Positions 60,317 to 64,000 of a DNA stretch of 64,000 bases are shown here, in pieces (the stretch's first letter is position 1; each line of letters opens with the position of its first letter). The stretch is taken from NCBI RefSeq assembly GCF_018977255.1, contig NW_024704743.1, forward strand, positions 25,732,001-25,796,000, given 5' to 3'. Below the pieces are notes generated by a model. That model did not search any database and had not been told where the DNA came from. It was given only the letters and a program-made list of their open reading frames with translations. A program made the position numbers and the translations under genes. The stretch is from Callorhinchus milii (taxonomy: Eukaryota).

Positions 60317-61644
60317 AGAGTACTCTAAGGCACTGTTTATAAGACTAGCCAGACTGGCTTGTTGATAGCACTTGAAGGAGAACACCACTTACTGAGGGCA
60401 GTGATCTTCTCACTTGACTCCTGTTAACATTGCAAGTGAAAATGTCAATACTGTGTGCAGGATGGTCCTAGCTGGAAAAGCAGCAGGAATCTTGCCAGAC
60501 TGCATTGGCAATAGCAAGTTACGAAGTTTGAGCTGGTAGGTTTGTTTTTTCTCTGCCTGCTTGTGATTTCCTCTACTGAGACCAGATTATTGAATGTAAA
60601 CGACACAAGTGCATATCTCACCTAAATTTAAAGCATCTACTAAGGAAGAAGGTGAAATTGGATTTGGATTTTCTTGTGTAACTCAACAACACATTTATAT
60701 TGTGCTCTTCATGCTAGATAGCACCTTGGAGTGCTTAACATTGGCAGAGCTTGACGCCGAGCCGGGGCAAGAAGGAATTTAACCATAGACATGATCAAAG
60801 CAGGTCTGATAACCTGTGTTGCCAGAACTACAACAGATCAACTGCCCATGGTTTTATATAGGAAACAATGCCTGACTTAGAGGAAGTGCTCAAAAAGGGG
60901 AAGAGCATAAATTATTACAACACACCAATAAACCAATCTTATCAGCCTTTGCTAAGCTGGCTATTTTATGATTTGTGCAAAATGTATGCCCAGTTCAGTA
61001 AGAAAATTTTGGTGAGAACAGATTAAATGGATTATGGACGGGTAAGCATTACAACTATGGTCACACTGTGAGGGTTCATTCAATCACTATTCCAGGATCT
61101 AATATACCAAAGCTTTCAGATTTCTGGCACTACTGATCTATCCAACTGTCCATGGAACTTGTTTTCCAGTCATTCTGAGGAGGCTGTAACCTGTCTTCTC
61201 CTGGAGACTTCCAAATGCTAAACAAGTGTAAATTGTATTGTAATTTACATTTGCTTATTCACAACTAATCAAAGGAGCCGAATCTCATAACACTGACTCA
61301 GTTCTGGTTCCTCTTATTAATCAATGCCTGCTGCCATTCCCTAGCATACAAGCAAATCATTCATTGCTATAACCCGATATATTATTGGGGAGGTATATCC
61401 ACGTACTCTTACTAATATCGATCACTGGTTCCATGTCATGGAAGTAAAGCTGCTGGTTGGTGACAAGCTGGGAGGAAACAGTTTGTAAAATTGCTCCGTG
61501 CTAGGGATGACATGAAGGCTGTGTGCTGGCCCCCCACCCCCTATTCTCAAGTAGAAAATAGAGTTTGCCCCAGCAAGAATGACGGACATGTTCCCCTCCG
61601 TTCCGCCAATGGCGGCCATGGTTTCAACCACCCAGAAAGTGATT

Positions 61645-61803
61645 CGCCAATTGATTAACAACCAGGGCCCTACTTACTGCTACATAAACAGAGGCATGTG
61701 GAGTAAGGAAACTTGCCTAAGGTTTCATCTCGCCTGGGAATTAAACCCGGGTCCTCTTGCTTGCGAGGCGAGTGTTCTAACCAATACACCCCAGGACTCC
61801 ACA
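61645..61803 (-). mobile_element. Family A SINE, 5' half
   Basis: tRNA head with CTCGCAA loop. Confidence 0.8.
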
Positions 61804-63794
61804 GTAATACTGAGGTTTGGTTCAACATCACTTTGCATGATCTGAGAAGTTACAAAATTGACTGGCCCAGGGAGAACATTCTCTGAATCTGGCAGAGGAC
61901 ATTTTAAGGATTTAAGAAAAAAAGGTAAAAAAAGTGCTGGCAGCAGGGCAACTGCGGAAGAAATTGTGCCATCTAATAAGTTAACTTTGATGATTTTGGC
62001 AATGCTGCCATCACATTTCAAATGAAAACAGATTGCTTGGTATTAAATAAATAATACATTTAATTAAGTCCATGTACAATACTATACAAAAATCTCAGAA
62101 TGAAATCCAATAAAGTAGAACTATTACGAAAGGCTTTGTTTTTACAAAAATATCACTACAATATGGCATTCACTAGTTTTGTTAGCTACAATAATATAAC
62201 TGGGAGAATACTGGCGACATAATAAAAGGTGGGGGGGAAATCCGCACAACATTGGAATGTAAGAATACGGTTACAGTAAGGTAGGATATATTGCTTTGGT
62301 ATTCGGACACATTGGCTGGTTGTAAGACAGCGATACACAGCTTTGATGAGTCCTCTTTAGTACAGCAGATCCTCTCTGTGTGCAACAAGATCTTTGGGAA
62401 CCATACAAGCAAGTGTGTTGTGTTGAGGAGCAGGTTATAGAGAGGGGCATCTGATATATTTGCGCTCGATTAAAGGGGCATTTTCACCTCAATGAAGGCG
62501 TTTTAGCAGATTCGTTTCCTGGAACAGTTAATTCTGGAAACTGCTGTTTCTGCAGGTTTAAGCTGTACAAGCATAAGCGCACTCCGTTGCAATGTGAACT
62601 TTACAACACCTCTTCCCCGCGCCCCCCTCCCCCTCCCCAATATTTTAGTCGTTTTTGAAAAAATTAAAACCAGGAAACAAATAAATTAGTAGCGACAGAG
62701 GAAATGGCATCATTTCATTGCCCGTCTACTCATCCCCACCTCATGCTGTTTAGCAACCAGGTGAGGTGGTTTAAAGATACTTCATGCTGAAAATGCCACC
62801 CCTTTAACAGTGGAGCAGTAAACAGGGAGTGTTGGACCCAGTTCCTACTGCTATATCAGCAAGTATTCACTAAATAAAATGACCCTGGCTTCTTAAAGGG
62901 ACACCGGCTTCATGAAACATCAGCAAAGTTTATTTGGAAATGCACTGATTAAATAGTTTGTCACATTCTCCTACCATCTCTCTCTTTCTCCGTCTCTCCT
63001 CCCCACCCCACCACTCCCCACAGACATTTTTGGCGACTTTCCATGAAGACAGCGTGCCTTTATTGTTGTTGGTGTCAATGAAAGAATTTGAAGAAGAGGA
63101 TATAATTAAAAAAATTGCTCAATATATAGGAATAAATTATAAAAATTGGTTACAAAGTGTTACATTCAGTCTTATGGCGTAATACATACTCACAGGCTTT
63201 AGGCTATTCTATGCGTCAATTCATAACATAATACACTTCAATAAAGGTGCCCCCTGTACAGGCCATCTGCTTCAGCAAGTGAAGCCAACTGCCCAATAGC
63301 TTGTGGATCGAGCAGAGGACTTACAGTAAGAAAGCTTCATTTTGTAGCTTAGACCCACATTACCACAAAGTCGTGAGCGAAAGGTACTCAGTCCAATATA
63401 AAAAATTCTTTCAGTTACTAATACATGTAATAAAGTTTGATGTTTACATAACAGTACATTTCTTATGCAGCAGAGTAATGGCAGTGGTGTTTCAAACTTT
63501 CTTGGGTATTTTATTAATAATAATAATATAAAAAAACAATATAAAGTTGGCCTGTGCTTTGTGGAGGACAGTTCATATGTGCAGCTGAGGAGCTGCACAT
63601 CTCACCTGAGTTCCAAAGTCGTGCAGACATTGGGGAGAAGAAAAGTGATTAATATCCACATTCAAATCTATCCACACACATTATCAGTTTATACTGAATT
63701 ATTTCTTTTGGGAGAAAAATTGCAACATGATGGAACCATTTCTCAGCTGAGTAAAATTGAGCCAGTTTGTTCCCGTCCGGTTTCGTGTAAGCTT

Positions 63795-63972
63795 GGCGTG
63801 TGGGTGTATATATACGTCGTATGTATGTGTGCGCAAAGTTTTGTGTGTAAATATCTGTGCGCATGGTGTGTAAAGGTACATGTGCGTGGTGTGTAAATGT
63901 ACGTGTACAGGGAGTGTACGCATGTTATGTGGGCATATGTGCGTGTGGTGCTTACGCATGTGTGTGTATGGG
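63795..63972. repeat. Degenerate GT-rich simple repeat
   Basis: direct reading. Confidence 0.8.
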
Positions 63973-64000
63973 TGGCTCCTTCCGAGTGCTAGCTCAGAAG

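Noticed and set aside
63272..63959. Cluster of ORFs at the window end
   Set aside because: Low-complexity GT-repeat translations with no recognisable domain

Overview
Vertebrate genomic DNA, most likely from a cartilaginous fish, inferred from the repeat complement (Deu-domain tRNA SINEs, L2 and CR1 LINEs). Positions 627-33129 (+) hold the 3' part of a K-Cl cotransporter gene, best matching SLC12A7/KCC4. I traced 21 coding exons by hand; their phases join into an intact frame of 2775 nt (924 aa plus stop). The start codon and first exons lie upstream of the window. The gene has two U12-type (minor spliceosome) GT-AG introns, a 15-nt microexon encoding EWENL, and a probable 3' UTR of about 5 kb. 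The rest of the window is intergenic and repeat-rich; the last 2 kb may be the 3' end of a convergent gene. The most unusual object is a composite retroposon present twice (16048-16681 +, 41568-42222 -): a Deu-SINE with a shared internal deletion and a 5' extension of at least 310 bp, about 98% identical between copies, which contains a decayed BTB/POZ-like motif. Most ORF-track entries are spurious or repeat-derived. Repeat boundaries are approximate and family assignments were made by eye.
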